Shown here piece after piece: positions 10,031 through 18,832 of a stretch of 64,000 nt of DNA. This DNA comes from a virus. Position numbers and translations under genes: made by a program. Each line of letters opens with the position of its first letter. The first letter of the stretch is position 1. The DNA is taken from the IMG/VR virus record IMGVR_UViG_3300036792_000267, positions 32,001-96,000 of that record; one strand, written 5' to 3'. Under the pieces are notes generated by a model. That model searched no databases, had not been told where the DNA came from, and saw nothing but the letters and a program-made list of their open reading frames with translations.

Positions 10031-10585
10031 ATGCCCAAGTCACTGAAGCAGATGGAAGACGAGGTAGAGGCGTACTGCCGTCAGAAAGGCTGGTACGACC
10101 AGCCGGTCCGGTTTGAGCAGGCGATGGCCCTGCTGCACGAGGAGACGGCGGAGGCCGGCCACGCGTGGCGTGAGTGGGGGCTGGAAGACCACACTCTCGG
10201 GGTGACGGCGGAGAACCCGCGCGGTGGCGGTTACAGCGCCAAGCCCCAGGGCGTCGGCAGCGAGTTCGCTGACGTGCTCATTCGCATGCTGGACGATGAC
10301 CGTCGCTTCGGCCTGATGCTGGCGGAGTACCTGGAGGATGACCCGGAGATCTTCAAGCTTGACGAGGAGTTCCTGGTCAACATCAACACGCTGCACGGCC
10401 TCATCGCTCAGGTGACGACTGCCTGGGCAACCAGTGGCGAGTGCCAGTTCACGGCTTTCGCCGTGGTGCTGTCGTTCCTGCGCCAGCTGGCCCGGCAGTC
10501 GGGTATCAACCTTGTGGCTGAGTATGAGAGAAAGATGGACTATAACCACACTCGCGAATACCGGCACGGGGGCAGGCGGGCTTGA
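10031..10585 (+). CDS. MazG-like NTP pyrophosphohydrolase
   Basis: LLHEETAEA, EFADVLIR, KMDYNHTR-YRHG. Confidence 0.75.
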   Translation: MPKSLKQMEDEVEAYCRQKGWYDQPVRFEQAMALLHEETAEAGHAWREWGLEDHTLGVTAENPRGGGYSAKPQGVGSEFADVLIRMLDDDRRFGLMLAEYLEDDPEIFKLDEEFLVNINTLHGLIAQVTTAWATSGECQFTAFAVVLSFLRQLARQSGINLVAEYERKMDYNHTREYRHGGRRA

Positions 10586-10756
10586 TGGCGGTCACTGTCG
10601 GAACGTTCCGCTTGTCGAGGCAGAGTGTGGCCGTCACTGACGGCAAGCGCCACATCCAGTTCGATACCCCTGCTGACATGGTGGACTGGCTGAACCGTCA
10701 CCCGGAGGTAGTTGCCGACATCTGCCATTTCGACTGGACGACTCAGGCAGTTCTTG

Positions 10757-11410
10757 GTGGCCACTGACCTTGCGGCCCTCGCAACGGCGGTCCGGTCCAC
10801 ACGGCGGGACCTGGACCGCCAGGCGGGGCGTGCCCAGCAGGTGGCCAAGGCCGGCCAGCAGGCTGAGGCGGATATCAAGCGCCATCTGGAACGTGCCGAG
10901 TTGTGCGCCTGCACCGCAGCCCTGCTCACGAGGATCGGCGAGGAGGCGCAGGAGAGCGCCCGCGAGATGTTCGATGACCTGGCCACGCGGGCGCTGCGGG
11001 ACATCTTCGGCGACGAGTTTTCGTTCCGCCTGGTGCCCGGGGAGACTGGCGGCCAGGTGACCCTGGAGCCGGTCATCCGGTCGGAGTACGACGGCGAGGT
11101 CATCGAGACGCCCGTGCTCGAAGCGCGCGGCGGCGGCATGGCGGTGGTCGTCGGGTTTGTGCTGCAACTGGTCATGGTTCTGCTCACCCCGGGCGCGCGC
11201 AAGATCCTGTTCCTTGACGAGACGTTCGCGTTCGTGTCGGAGAGCTACACCGACCGGCTGGCGGAGTTCATCGCCAAGGTCGCTAAGAGCAAGGGCGTGC
11301 AGATTGTGATGATTACCCATGACCGGACGTTCGCGCAGTACGCCGACGTCAAGGTGCGCCTGGTGCTCGGCCCCGGCGGGGTAACCCAGGTCTACGAGGG
11401 GGAGAGCGAG
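10757..11410 (+). CDS. Rad50/SbcC-like ATPase, C-terminal half (formal ORF runs on to 11791)
   Basis: Coiled coil, signature RGGGM, Walker B LFLDE, H-loop ITHD; recognisable domain ends at a TTA overlapping the next ATG. Confidence 0.8.
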
Positions 11411-11412
11411 TT

Positions 11413-14385
11413 ATGCCAGGCCGTAGTCCTGACTCGATCGAGCGGTGGTTGGACGAGAACCTGTTTCGTTTCGATGGTCCCGCCCAGATGCTGGGGACCG
11501 AGCCCAACGCGACGCGCCGGAAGTGGGACCTCACTGACGTGCGGTGGCTGCTCGCCGCGAGCTGGGATTACAGCCAGGCAGCCGGCAACATGGCGATCCC
11601 CGCCCTGTACGACGCGATCCACAAGGCCGGGGTTTACACGCTGGCCGACCGTTTTTACCTTCCCGCCACCCCGCGCGACATGGACCTGCTGGAGCGCGGC
11701 CAGGTGCCGGTGTTCGGCATCGAGTCCAGGCACCAGGCCCGCGACTTCGACGTGCTGGGAACGTCTATCTCGTACACAGTTCTGTTCATGAACTTCTGTA
11801 AGTTCCTGACGATGAGCGGCATCCCGCTGCGCTGGAGGGACCGGAGGGAGAACGCTGCCGACTACCCGATGGTCATGGCTGGCGGCCAGGCCTACTGCGC
11901 GCCGGAGTTCATGGCCCCGGTGGTGGACTGCGTGTGGCTGGGGGAGGCCGAGGACGAAGAGGGCAATCCCGGCATCAGCGCGGTCTGCGAGGCTATCCGC
12001 AAGATGAAGGACGCGGGCTTCTGGCAGAGCGACCGCGAGCTGTGTTACCGGGACCTCGCGCGCACGTTCAACTTCCTGTACTTCCCTCGGTATACGGCGG
12101 TGGACTACCACTACGAGGACCGCGGGCTGCCGGAGCCGACGAAGATGGTGTCCGGTTACCGGAGCACGATCGAGGGTGTCGGGACCACCTTCAAGGCCCG
12201 GCGCGTGGCCAACCTCAACAAGGCTGACCTGATGACGTCAGCGCCGCTGCTGTTCGGCGACCCGGGCATGGGCTCGGGCGACGTGGAGATGCAGCGCGGG
12301 TGCCCAGCCTGGTGCGTGTTCTGCCGGATCGGCTGGGTGACCAAGCCTCCCCGGCAGGAGGACGTTGACCGCACTGTGGCCCGTGCGCTGAAGTGGCGCG
12401 ACAGCATGGGGTCGGTTGACATTTCCCTGGTCGCCCCCGACCCGCCTATGCACACCCAGAAGAAGAAGCTGATCGCCGAGCTGCTGGAGAACGTCACCGG
12501 CCGGGTGGACGCCTCCTCGATGCGGATTGACGACTACCTGTCCGACCCCGACTTCGCGCTGCTGCTGCAGGTTTCCGGGGTCACGGCGCTCACCCTCGGC
12601 CTGGAGGGCAACGCCCAGCACACGCGCGACCTGGCTGGCAAGGGCACGTCCGACGCCGACGTGGAGAAGGTCGTTACCCGGGCGATCCGGGCCGGCGTCC
12701 GCAAGATCAAGCTCTACTTCATCACCAACTGGCCCGGTGAGGAACTGGCCGACGTGATGCGGGTGGTGGAGCTGGGCAAGAAGCTGGCTGACATCCGCAA
12801 CGGGTTCGGCGAGGCCGCGGCCGGCGTGCAGATCATCTTCAGCTGGACCCCGTTGCTCATCGAGGCACAAACCCCGTTGCAGTGGTTTGAGGTCACTCCG
12901 CCCGACTACATGCTGCAGGAGGCCCTGACCGAGCTGCGGGACCACCGGATCTGGATCAAGATCGGATCTAAGGCTAGTCCGCCTAAGCTCGCGTTCTTCC
13001 AGGCGTGCCAGCGGGCCAACCGGGGCGCGGGCGAGGCCATCGTAGACGTCATCGAGCACTACGGCACGGCCAGCTGGGGCGGCTTCCCGAAGGACATGCG
13101 GGAAAGACTCGATGAGTCGATGAAAGTTCACGGGTTCCGCAACGGGCTCGATGACATCTTCGGCGAGCGGTTCTTCGAGGACCGGCTCGGCTGGGAGATG
13201 ATCGACACTGGCGTCAAGCCGTCGCTGATGTGGCGAGCTTACCGGGACATGGTGGAGTTCCTTGAAGGCACTGACGCCGGGACCTACGACGCTGATATCC
13301 CCGAGGGATATCACGGCAACGAGTGGGTGTCGCGCTGCGACCAGCATTGCTCGGGCAACTCGTGCGGGGCGTGTGACAAGCACGACCTGGAGCTGCGCCG
13401 CCAGTACGTGCAGGCCGTCGACCGCGACCTGTCCCGTGAGCCGGTCCGGCCCATCGACCAGGCGACCGTGGCTCAGCGGGTGCGGCTGAAGGTGGAGCGG
13501 CCGGCGAAGTTCCGTTTCGTGTCCGGCACCTCGCTGGAGTACATCATCCGCCGGGCTGGCTACCGGGCCCAGGCTGCCATGGCTGCGCTCGGCAGGCCCG
13601 TGCCAGACATGGCGGTGGAATCGGTGCGGCTGGCGTCGTCCGGCACCTCTTACCGCGAGCGCAGCGCCGGGGTCGACTACGCCGAGTTCGGCCTGACCCG
13701 TGTGGCCGACAACTTCGACATCGGCGAATACCTCATCAAGATGGCCGTGCACATGCATCCGCACTTGCACTGGAGCGGGAACTTCGCGGTGCTCCCGGCC
13801 GCGGCGAGGCTCCCTGCGCGCCCGCAGAGCTTGTGGGAGCTGGAGGTCGCTGACGATCCTGCGGTTCTGGTTAAGCGGCTGCAGCGGTGGGACGAGGCTG
13901 AGTCCGTGCCGGTGCTGGTCCGCGCGGACAGCTTCTACGCCGGCGCGACCGCTGTCGAGGGCGACGCTAAGGAGCACGTCTCGGACTTCTGGCTGGCCCG
14001 TGACGGGCAGCGCACCGTGCTGCGCATGCTGCTCAACGGCAAGCTCGGGCCCTACCAGGCGTACGCGGCGCTGGCCGGCAAGGCCAGCTGGATCGAGGCG
14101 GCGCGCTACACCGCGCAGCGCCTGGAGTTCTTCAGCGGCGGCGGGCAGCCGTGCGAGGGGTGCGGCATGCCGGTGCCGGCGTCCCTGCTCGACGTCCCGT
14201 GGAGCGAGCGGTACTGCCCGCGCTGCGGGGACGCGTCCGAAGGGAAGATAATCGCGGCGCTCGCGGGCGCCGGCGTATTACAGGTACCTGCGTTCGCACC
14301 TGGAGGAACCTGTGCAAGCACCCGGATTCAGCAAGCCGGCTCACGGTTACGGCCAGCCGTTCGGCATCAGCCCGGACACCACTGA
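11413..14385 (+). CDS. Large radical SAM protein, TIGR03960-like with a C-terminal TIGR03936/DUF2344-like region
   Basis: RGCPAWCVFC CxxxCxxC; N-terminal PVFGIES..FDVLG..IPL..R..P.V.AGG pattern; KIKLYF; CxxCGAC linker. Confidence 0.8.
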   Translation: MPGRSPDSIERWLDENLFRFDGPAQMLGTEPNATRRKWDLTDVRWLLAASWDYSQAAGNMAIPALYDAIHKAGVYTLADRFYLPATPRDMDLLERGQVPVFGIESRHQARDFDVLGTSISYTVLFMNFCKFLTMSGIPLRWRDRRENAADYPMVMAGGQAYCAPEFMAPVVDCVWLGEAEDEEGNPGISAVCEAIRKMKDAGFWQSDRELCYRDLARTFNFLYFPRYTAVDYHYEDRGLPEPTKMVSGYRSTIEGVGTTFKARRVANLNKADLMTSAPLLFGDPGMGSGDVEMQRGCPAWCVFCRIGWVTKPPRQEDVDRTVARALKWRDSMGSVDISLVAPDPPMHTQKKKLIAELLENVTGRVDASSMRIDDYLSDPDFALLLQVSGVTALTLGLEGNAQHTRDLAGKGTSDADVEKVVTRAIRAGVRKIKLYFITNWPGEELADVMRVVELGKKLADIRNGFGEAAAGVQIIFSWTPLLIEAQTPLQWFEVTPPDYMLQEALTELRDHRIWIKIGSKASPPKLAFFQACQRANRGAGEAIVDVIEHYGTASWGGFPKDMRERLDESMKVHGFRNGLDDIFGERFFEDRLGWEMIDTGVKPSLMWRAYRDMVEFLEGTDAGTYDADIPEGYHGNEWVSRCDQHCSGNSCGACDKHDLELRRQYVQAVDRDLSREPVRPIDQATVAQRVRLKVERPAKFRFVSGTSLEYIIRRAGYRAQAAMAALGRPVPDMAVESVRLASSGTSYRERSAGVDYAEFGLTRVADNFDIGEYLIKMAVHMHPHLHWSGNFAVLPAAARLPARPQSLWELEVADDPAVLVKRLQRWDEAESVPVLVRADSFYAGATAVEGDAKEHVSDFWLARDGQRTVLRMLLNGKLGPYQAYAALAGKASWIEAARYTAQRLEFFSGGGQPCEGCGMPVPASLLDVPWSERYCPRCGDASEGKIIAALAGAGVLQVPAFAPGGTCASTRIQQAGSRLRPAVRHQPGHH

Positions 14386-14461
14386 CGACAATTGGGCAGG
14401 TGACAGCTTCGCGGTAGTCCCTCCCCCGGAGGTTCTGGAGCCCGTTGAGCAGCCCGCCTGA
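14312..14461 (+). CDS. 49-aa hypothetical peptide
   Basis: GGAGG RBS, GTG 14312, TGA 14459; CGTATTA motif upstream; below the ORF-track cutoff. Confidence 0.5.
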   Translation: MQAPGFSKPAHGYGQPFGISPDTTDDNWAGDSFAVVPPPEVLEPVEQPA

Positions 14462-14678
14462 GCCGCTGGCGGGGGAGAGCGCGCCCTGCCCCTACTGCGG
14501 CGGCACCGCCGAGCTTGAGCAGGATGGCGACGCTACCTACTTCGCCTGCCCGGAGTGCGAGGGCGAGTTCGGCTACCGCAAGGCCGGGAGCGGGGCGTTC
14601 TGCGCAGCGGGCCTGCCTGTCCCCGTTCCCGAGCCGGTGCTCATCGCAACCACCATCACGACGAGGAGGCCTGAATGA
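14445..14678 (+). CDS. Small Zn-ribbon protein
   Basis: CPYCG, CPECE. Confidence 0.55.
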   Translation: MSSPPEPLAGESAPCPYCGGTAELEQDGDATYFACPECEGEFGYRKAGSGAFCAAGLPVPVPEPVLIATTITTRRPE

Positions 14679-15829
14679 GCGAGCCCTTGCAGCTGCAGTA
14701 CCGGCCGCGGACATTCGGTGACGTCGCTGGGCAGAAGCCGACTGTGGCCCTGCTGTACCTGATGTGCAAGCGCGGCACGGTGCCCGGCGGGATGCTCTTC
14801 TACGGCAAGTACGGGTCAGGCAAGACGACCATGGCCCGCATCGTGGCCAAGGCGCTCAACTGCGAGGCCCCGCCCGGGTCGGCCGCCAGCTGGCCGTGCG
14901 GCACCTGCGCGAGCTGCGCCGCGGTCGACAACGACACCAGCCCCGACGTGGAGGAGCTGGACGCGGCCGGCAACGGCACGGTGGCGGAGATCCGCGCTAT
15001 CCGCGAGCGGGCCTACTACGGCGCGGTCGGCGGGAAGTACAAGGTCTACATCATCGATGAGGCGCACGGCTTGTCCGGTGCGGCGTTCGAGTCCATCCTG
15101 AAGATCCTTGAGGAGCCGCCGCCGGGCGTGGTGTTCATCCTGGTCACCACCCAGTTCGAGTCCGTCCCCAAGACGGTGCGCAGCCGGTGCAGCCCGTTCC
15201 GGTTCGACCCGCTGACGGTGCCCGTCATCCGCGACCGGCTGGTGCACATCTGCCAGGCCGAGGGGTTCGCGATCGAGCCCGCGCTGCTGACCGCCATCGC
15301 CGAGGCGAGCGGCGGGGCGCTGCGCGACGCCGTGGTGCGGCTCGGCCAGGTGGCCGGCGTTGGCATCGGCTCCCTGGAGATGTGGCGCGAGCTGACCGGG
15401 GAGACTGACTTCGCGCCCGCGTTGCTGACCGCAGCGGCCGACGGCAACTACGCCGCCATGTACGCCTCGATGGCCAGTGCCCTGGCTTCCTACGGCGACG
15501 CGGGCCACGTGGCCCGCGAGGTGGTGAACTGCCTGGCTGAGCTGCTGGTGCTGTCGTGCGGCGGCGAGGTCTCCTCGCAGGGCGAGGCGCTGGCCGCCCG
15601 GCGCGAGCTGGTCACCCGGCTGGGCGCCCCCCGCGTGCAGGCGGCCATGTCGGTGCTGTGGGACCTGCACGCGCGGGTCCGGGTCGATGACCGCGAGACC
15701 GCGCTCAAGCTTGCCCTGGCCAAGCTCGCCCAGAAGCTCGCCCCGCGCGAGCAGGCCGCGCCGATCGTGGCGGCTGGAGGTGAAAGGGCCTCCGCTGAGT
15801 TCATGAGAGAGGCGCTGGGGTCCGTATGA
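14675..15829 (+). CDS. dnaX: DNA polymerase III gamma/tau clamp loader
   Basis: YRPRTF, GKYGSGKTT, zinc Cys cluster, IIDEAH, SRC, GGALRDA. Confidence 0.92.
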   Translation: MSEPLQLQYRPRTFGDVAGQKPTVALLYLMCKRGTVPGGMLFYGKYGSGKTTMARIVAKALNCEAPPGSAASWPCGTCASCAAVDNDTSPDVEELDAAGNGTVAEIRAIRERAYYGAVGGKYKVYIIDEAHGLSGAAFESILKILEEPPPGVVFILVTTQFESVPKTVRSRCSPFRFDPLTVPVIRDRLVHICQAEGFAIEPALLTAIAEASGGALRDAVVRLGQVAGVGIGSLEMWRELTGETDFAPALLTAAADGNYAAMYASMASALASYGDAGHVAREVVNCLAELLVLSCGGEVSSQGEALAARRELVTRLGAPRVQAAMSVLWDLHARVRVDDRETALKLALAKLAQKLAPREQAAPIVAAGGERASAEFMREALGSV

Positions 15830-16059
15830 GAACAGACCTGTCTGACCGGCATCCGTCCACGCAGCAAGTGGGCCAGTGGCTTACGCCGAATCCCAATCTT
15901 CCGGCAGGTGCTCCCGCTACCGTGGCTGCCGTGATGTGCGACACGCGGGACAGGCTGCTTGAATTGTGCGATGACGGGCCGGAGTTTACCGTGGCCCTGC
16001 GTCACCTGGTCGACGCCAAGGACGCGGCGGTTCGCCAGGCCATCGCTGACGCGAGGTAG
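15826..16059 (+). CDS. Small helical-hairpin phage protein (possibly Acb2/Tad1-like)
   Basis: GPEFTVALRHLVDAKDAAVR pattern. Confidence 0.5.
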   Translation: MRTDLSDRHPSTQQVGQWLTPNPNLPAGAPATVAAVMCDTRDRLLELCDDGPEFTVALRHLVDAKDAAVRQAIADAR

Positions 16060-16061
16060 GC

Positions 16062-16616
16062 GTGGCCCTTCGTTTTGACGAGGAGTGGATGGGCCAGGGG
16101 CAGCTCGACGTGCTGGCGGCCCTGGCTCAGTCCACCAGCCGCCTCGACGGCGAGGCCATCGAGATCGGTACCTGGCAGGGCCGCTCGGCCATCCCTATCG
16201 CCAACGCCATCGCGCCCAAGGTCTTGCACGTCGTGGACCACTGGGAGGGCGACGACCCCGCCGCAGTTGCGCAGGGGCTCGGCATCCCGGCTGAGCTGGT
16301 CAAGCGGGACAACTACGGGATCTTCACCGCCAACGTCGCTGAGGCCACCCAGGGCAACGTGAGTGTCTGGAAGATGGGCTGGCGCGAGTTCGCCGGCCAG
16401 TGGGACCGCCCGATCCGGTTTCTGCACCTGGATGCCACGCATACGACGCGGGAGGTGTCGGAGAACATCGCCGCGCTGCTGCCGCACGCCATGCGCGGGG
16501 CGGTCTTCGCCGGCGACGACTGGAACTGGCCGACGGTCGCGGCCGGGGTGCGCGAGCAGTTCTCCGGCGACAAGATCAACGTCCTGTTCGACAAGCTCTG
16601 GTGGGTCCAGTTGTGA
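16062..16616 (+). CDS. Class I SAM methyltransferase (Methyltransf_24-like)
   Basis: IEIGTWQGRS, VDHW, LHLDATH, GDD. Confidence 0.85.
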   Translation: MALRFDEEWMGQGQLDVLAALAQSTSRLDGEAIEIGTWQGRSAIPIANAIAPKVLHVVDHWEGDDPAAVAQGLGIPAELVKRDNYGIFTANVAEATQGNVSVWKMGWREFAGQWDRPIRFLHLDATHTTREVSENIAALLPHAMRGAVFAGDDWNWPTVAAGVREQFSGDKINVLFDKLWWVQL

Positions 16617-17431
16617 AGATCTGGGATACCTTCATGCTCCGCGACGAGCTGGACATCCTCGAATGCCACCTGCGGGAGTACGAGGACACGGATATCTACC
16701 GGCACATCCTGGTAGAGGCCCCGCTGACGTTCACCGGCCAGCCTAAGCCCCTGTACTACGCGGAGAACAGGGAGCGGTTCGCCCCGTGGGCCGACCGCAT
16801 CACCTACCTGGTGGACAACGAGCTGCCCGAGACGAACGACCCCTGGGCACGGGAACGGCACCAGCGGGATTTCGCCCTGCGCGGCCTTGAGGACTCGGAG
16901 CCCGGCGACGTCCTCATTGTCGCCGACGTGGACGAGCTGCTCTTTCACGAGACCCTGCAGCAGCAGCCAGAGCCGTTTCTCGGCTGCAACCTCCAGTTGC
17001 TGTACGGTGCGGTTGACCGGCTCGGCAACCGGCAGGTGATGGCGTCCCTTGCCCGCCGCGGTGCTGTCCACTCCCTCAACTCGGTGCGGGAGCTGCGGGA
17101 GCGCTACCCCAGGATCGAGCACGCCGGCTGGCACCTGAGCTGGCTCGGCGGGCCGGACGTGATCAGGCGGAAAGTCCAGTCGTTCAGCCATACCGAGGCT
17201 GTGCCGAAGATCTGCGGTGACGGCACCCAGCCAGGTATCGCGTACGAGATGTGGGCGTATGGCTGGGTGAACCCCGGCGGCGAGATGTACCCGGGCACCA
17301 CTGACGTGGACCCGGACGAGACCTGGCCGAAGTGGATCTGGGAGTCCTGGGACCCGGTTAACCGCTGCCGCCGCCCGGAGGGCCCGGCCCCTGACATCTG
17401 GTTCCGCCCGAGGAGGGCCCATGCTGAGTGA
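16613..17431 (+). CDS. GT17-like glycosyltransferase
   Basis: DTFMLRDELDIL, VEA..TFTG.PKPL, ERHQR, DVDE, GWHLSW, SFSH. Confidence 0.8.
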   Translation: MKIWDTFMLRDELDILECHLREYEDTDIYRHILVEAPLTFTGQPKPLYYAENRERFAPWADRITYLVDNELPETNDPWARERHQRDFALRGLEDSEPGDVLIVADVDELLFHETLQQQPEPFLGCNLQLLYGAVDRLGNRQVMASLARRGAVHSLNSVRELRERYPRIEHAGWHLSWLGGPDVIRRKVQSFSHTEAVPKICGDGTQPGIAYEMWAYGWVNPGGEMYPGTTDVDPDETWPKWIWESWDPVNRCRRPEGPAPDIWFRPRRAHAE

Positions 17432-18218
17432 CACCGCGCTGGTCATCACCGCGCACAAGAGACCCGAGTACCTGCGCCGGACGCTTGCGTCGTGGGCGGC
17501 GGCTGACCGCGTGGCGGAGCTGCGCCTGGTCGCCGTCGCGCTCGGCCCCTCGCACCGGCTGGACGACCAGATGGACGTCATCCGCGAGGCCGAGCAGGCC
17601 CTGGGCCGGAGGATCGTGGTCTTCCGCGACAGCCCGGAGGCTCAGCGCAGCCCCGGCATGCACCGCGCGCTCGGTGAGGCCATCGACCGGGTGACCGAGG
17701 ACTTCGCCCCCGAGTTCGTGCTCTGCGGCGAGGAGGACGTCATCGTCTCTGATGACGTGCTGGCGTACATGGCCTGGGCGCAGGTGCAGTACACCGACAG
17801 CATGCTGTGCATCTGCGCGCACAACCGCGGCGGGGCCGGCTGGGACGGGCTGAGCGCGCCGCGCGCCGACCAGGACGCCGACCAGGAGGCGGTCCGGCTG
17901 CTGCCGTACTTCAACCCCTGGGTGTGGTGCATCTGGCGGAACAACTGGAAGGCCGTGCTCCGCCCGGTGTGGGACTGGGACTGCGACAGCGGCGGATCAA
18001 GCGAGTCGGGTTACGACTGGAACATGCAGCGGCTGGCGTCCGTCGGCCCGTGGCAGAACCTGGTGCCGGACGCCGCGCGCAGCCAGACCATCGGCGAGCA
18101 CGCCGGCGTCTACTCCACCCCGGGCATCTTCCCGCTGCAGCAGGCGCAGTCTTTCCGCGGTCACCGCGAGCGCCCGGTGCGCTACCGGCTGGCGGAGAGC
18201 CCGCTTGGCGCTGGTTAG
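17421..18218 (+). CDS. GT-A fold glycosyltransferase
   Basis: ITAHKRPEYL, EEDVIVSDD, IG..GV. Confidence 0.75.
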   Translation: MLSDTALVITAHKRPEYLRRTLASWAAADRVAELRLVAVALGPSHRLDDQMDVIREAEQALGRRIVVFRDSPEAQRSPGMHRALGEAIDRVTEDFAPEFVLCGEEDVIVSDDVLAYMAWAQVQYTDSMLCICAHNRGGAGWDGLSAPRADQDADQEAVRLLPYFNPWVWCIWRNNWKAVLRPVWDWDCDSGGSSESGYDWNMQRLASVGPWQNLVPDAARSQTIGEHAGVYSTPGIFPLQQAQSFRGHRERPVRYRLAESPLGAG

Positions 18219-18391
18219 CGAGAACGACAGCCTGCGGCGGTGGATTGTCTACGTCTACAAGGACGACAGGTGCACGTGCGACTACGCCTGGAAGAGCCTG
18301 GGCAAGGAGTACGGCGTCAGCTACGGCAAAGGCTGGGTCCGCCTGACTACGGCGGCGGACTGCCCACACCACGCCGCCCGATTAAAGGTGC

Positions 18392-18832
18392 GTGGCTAGC
18401 GACTGGGACAAGTTCGACGGGCTGTTCACCTGCCCGAAGAGCGTAGAGGACGGCGACCTGCGCACCGGGTACGAGGAGTTCTACGCGACCGCCCGGCGCG
18501 AGTGCGAGGGCTTGGACATGTCGGTTGCGCAGATCATGCGCACGTCGGTGATGCTCAACTGGTTTTTCAAGCACCAGCAGGTCAGCCGCCGCGGTTACGG
18601 CACTGACGACGGCTACCAGCACCCAGGCCAGGAAAAGGACGCGATTTTGGCCTGGGAGGCCATCGCCAAGACCTGGGACGACGTGCGGATGAAGTCCAAG
18701 CGCGCCGACCCCGGCGGCCTCGCCCCGGAGAAGGTCCGCGATGTCTTCGTGGCCGTGCTGGCGGAGGTGGACGACCCTGGCCTGCGCGCCCTGCTGCAGG
18801 ACAAGTTCGTTGAGGCCCTGAGCGGGGCCTGA
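18392..18832 (+). CDS. Hypothetical protein, possible terminase small subunit
   Basis: Helical 146 aa; first gene after a CCGATT promoter, upstream of TerL. Confidence 0.45.
   Translation: MASDWDKFDGLFTCPKSVEDGDLRTGYEEFYATARRECEGLDMSVAQIMRTSVMLNWFFKHQQVSRRGYGTDDGYQHPGQEKDAILAWEAIAKTWDDVRMKSKRADPGGLAPEKVRDVFVAVLAEVDDPGLRALLQDKFVEALSGA

Noticed and set aside
18378-18399. CGA TTA near the end of the 18205 ORF as a bypass site
   Set aside because: Explained by the CCGATTA promoter motif for the next gene.
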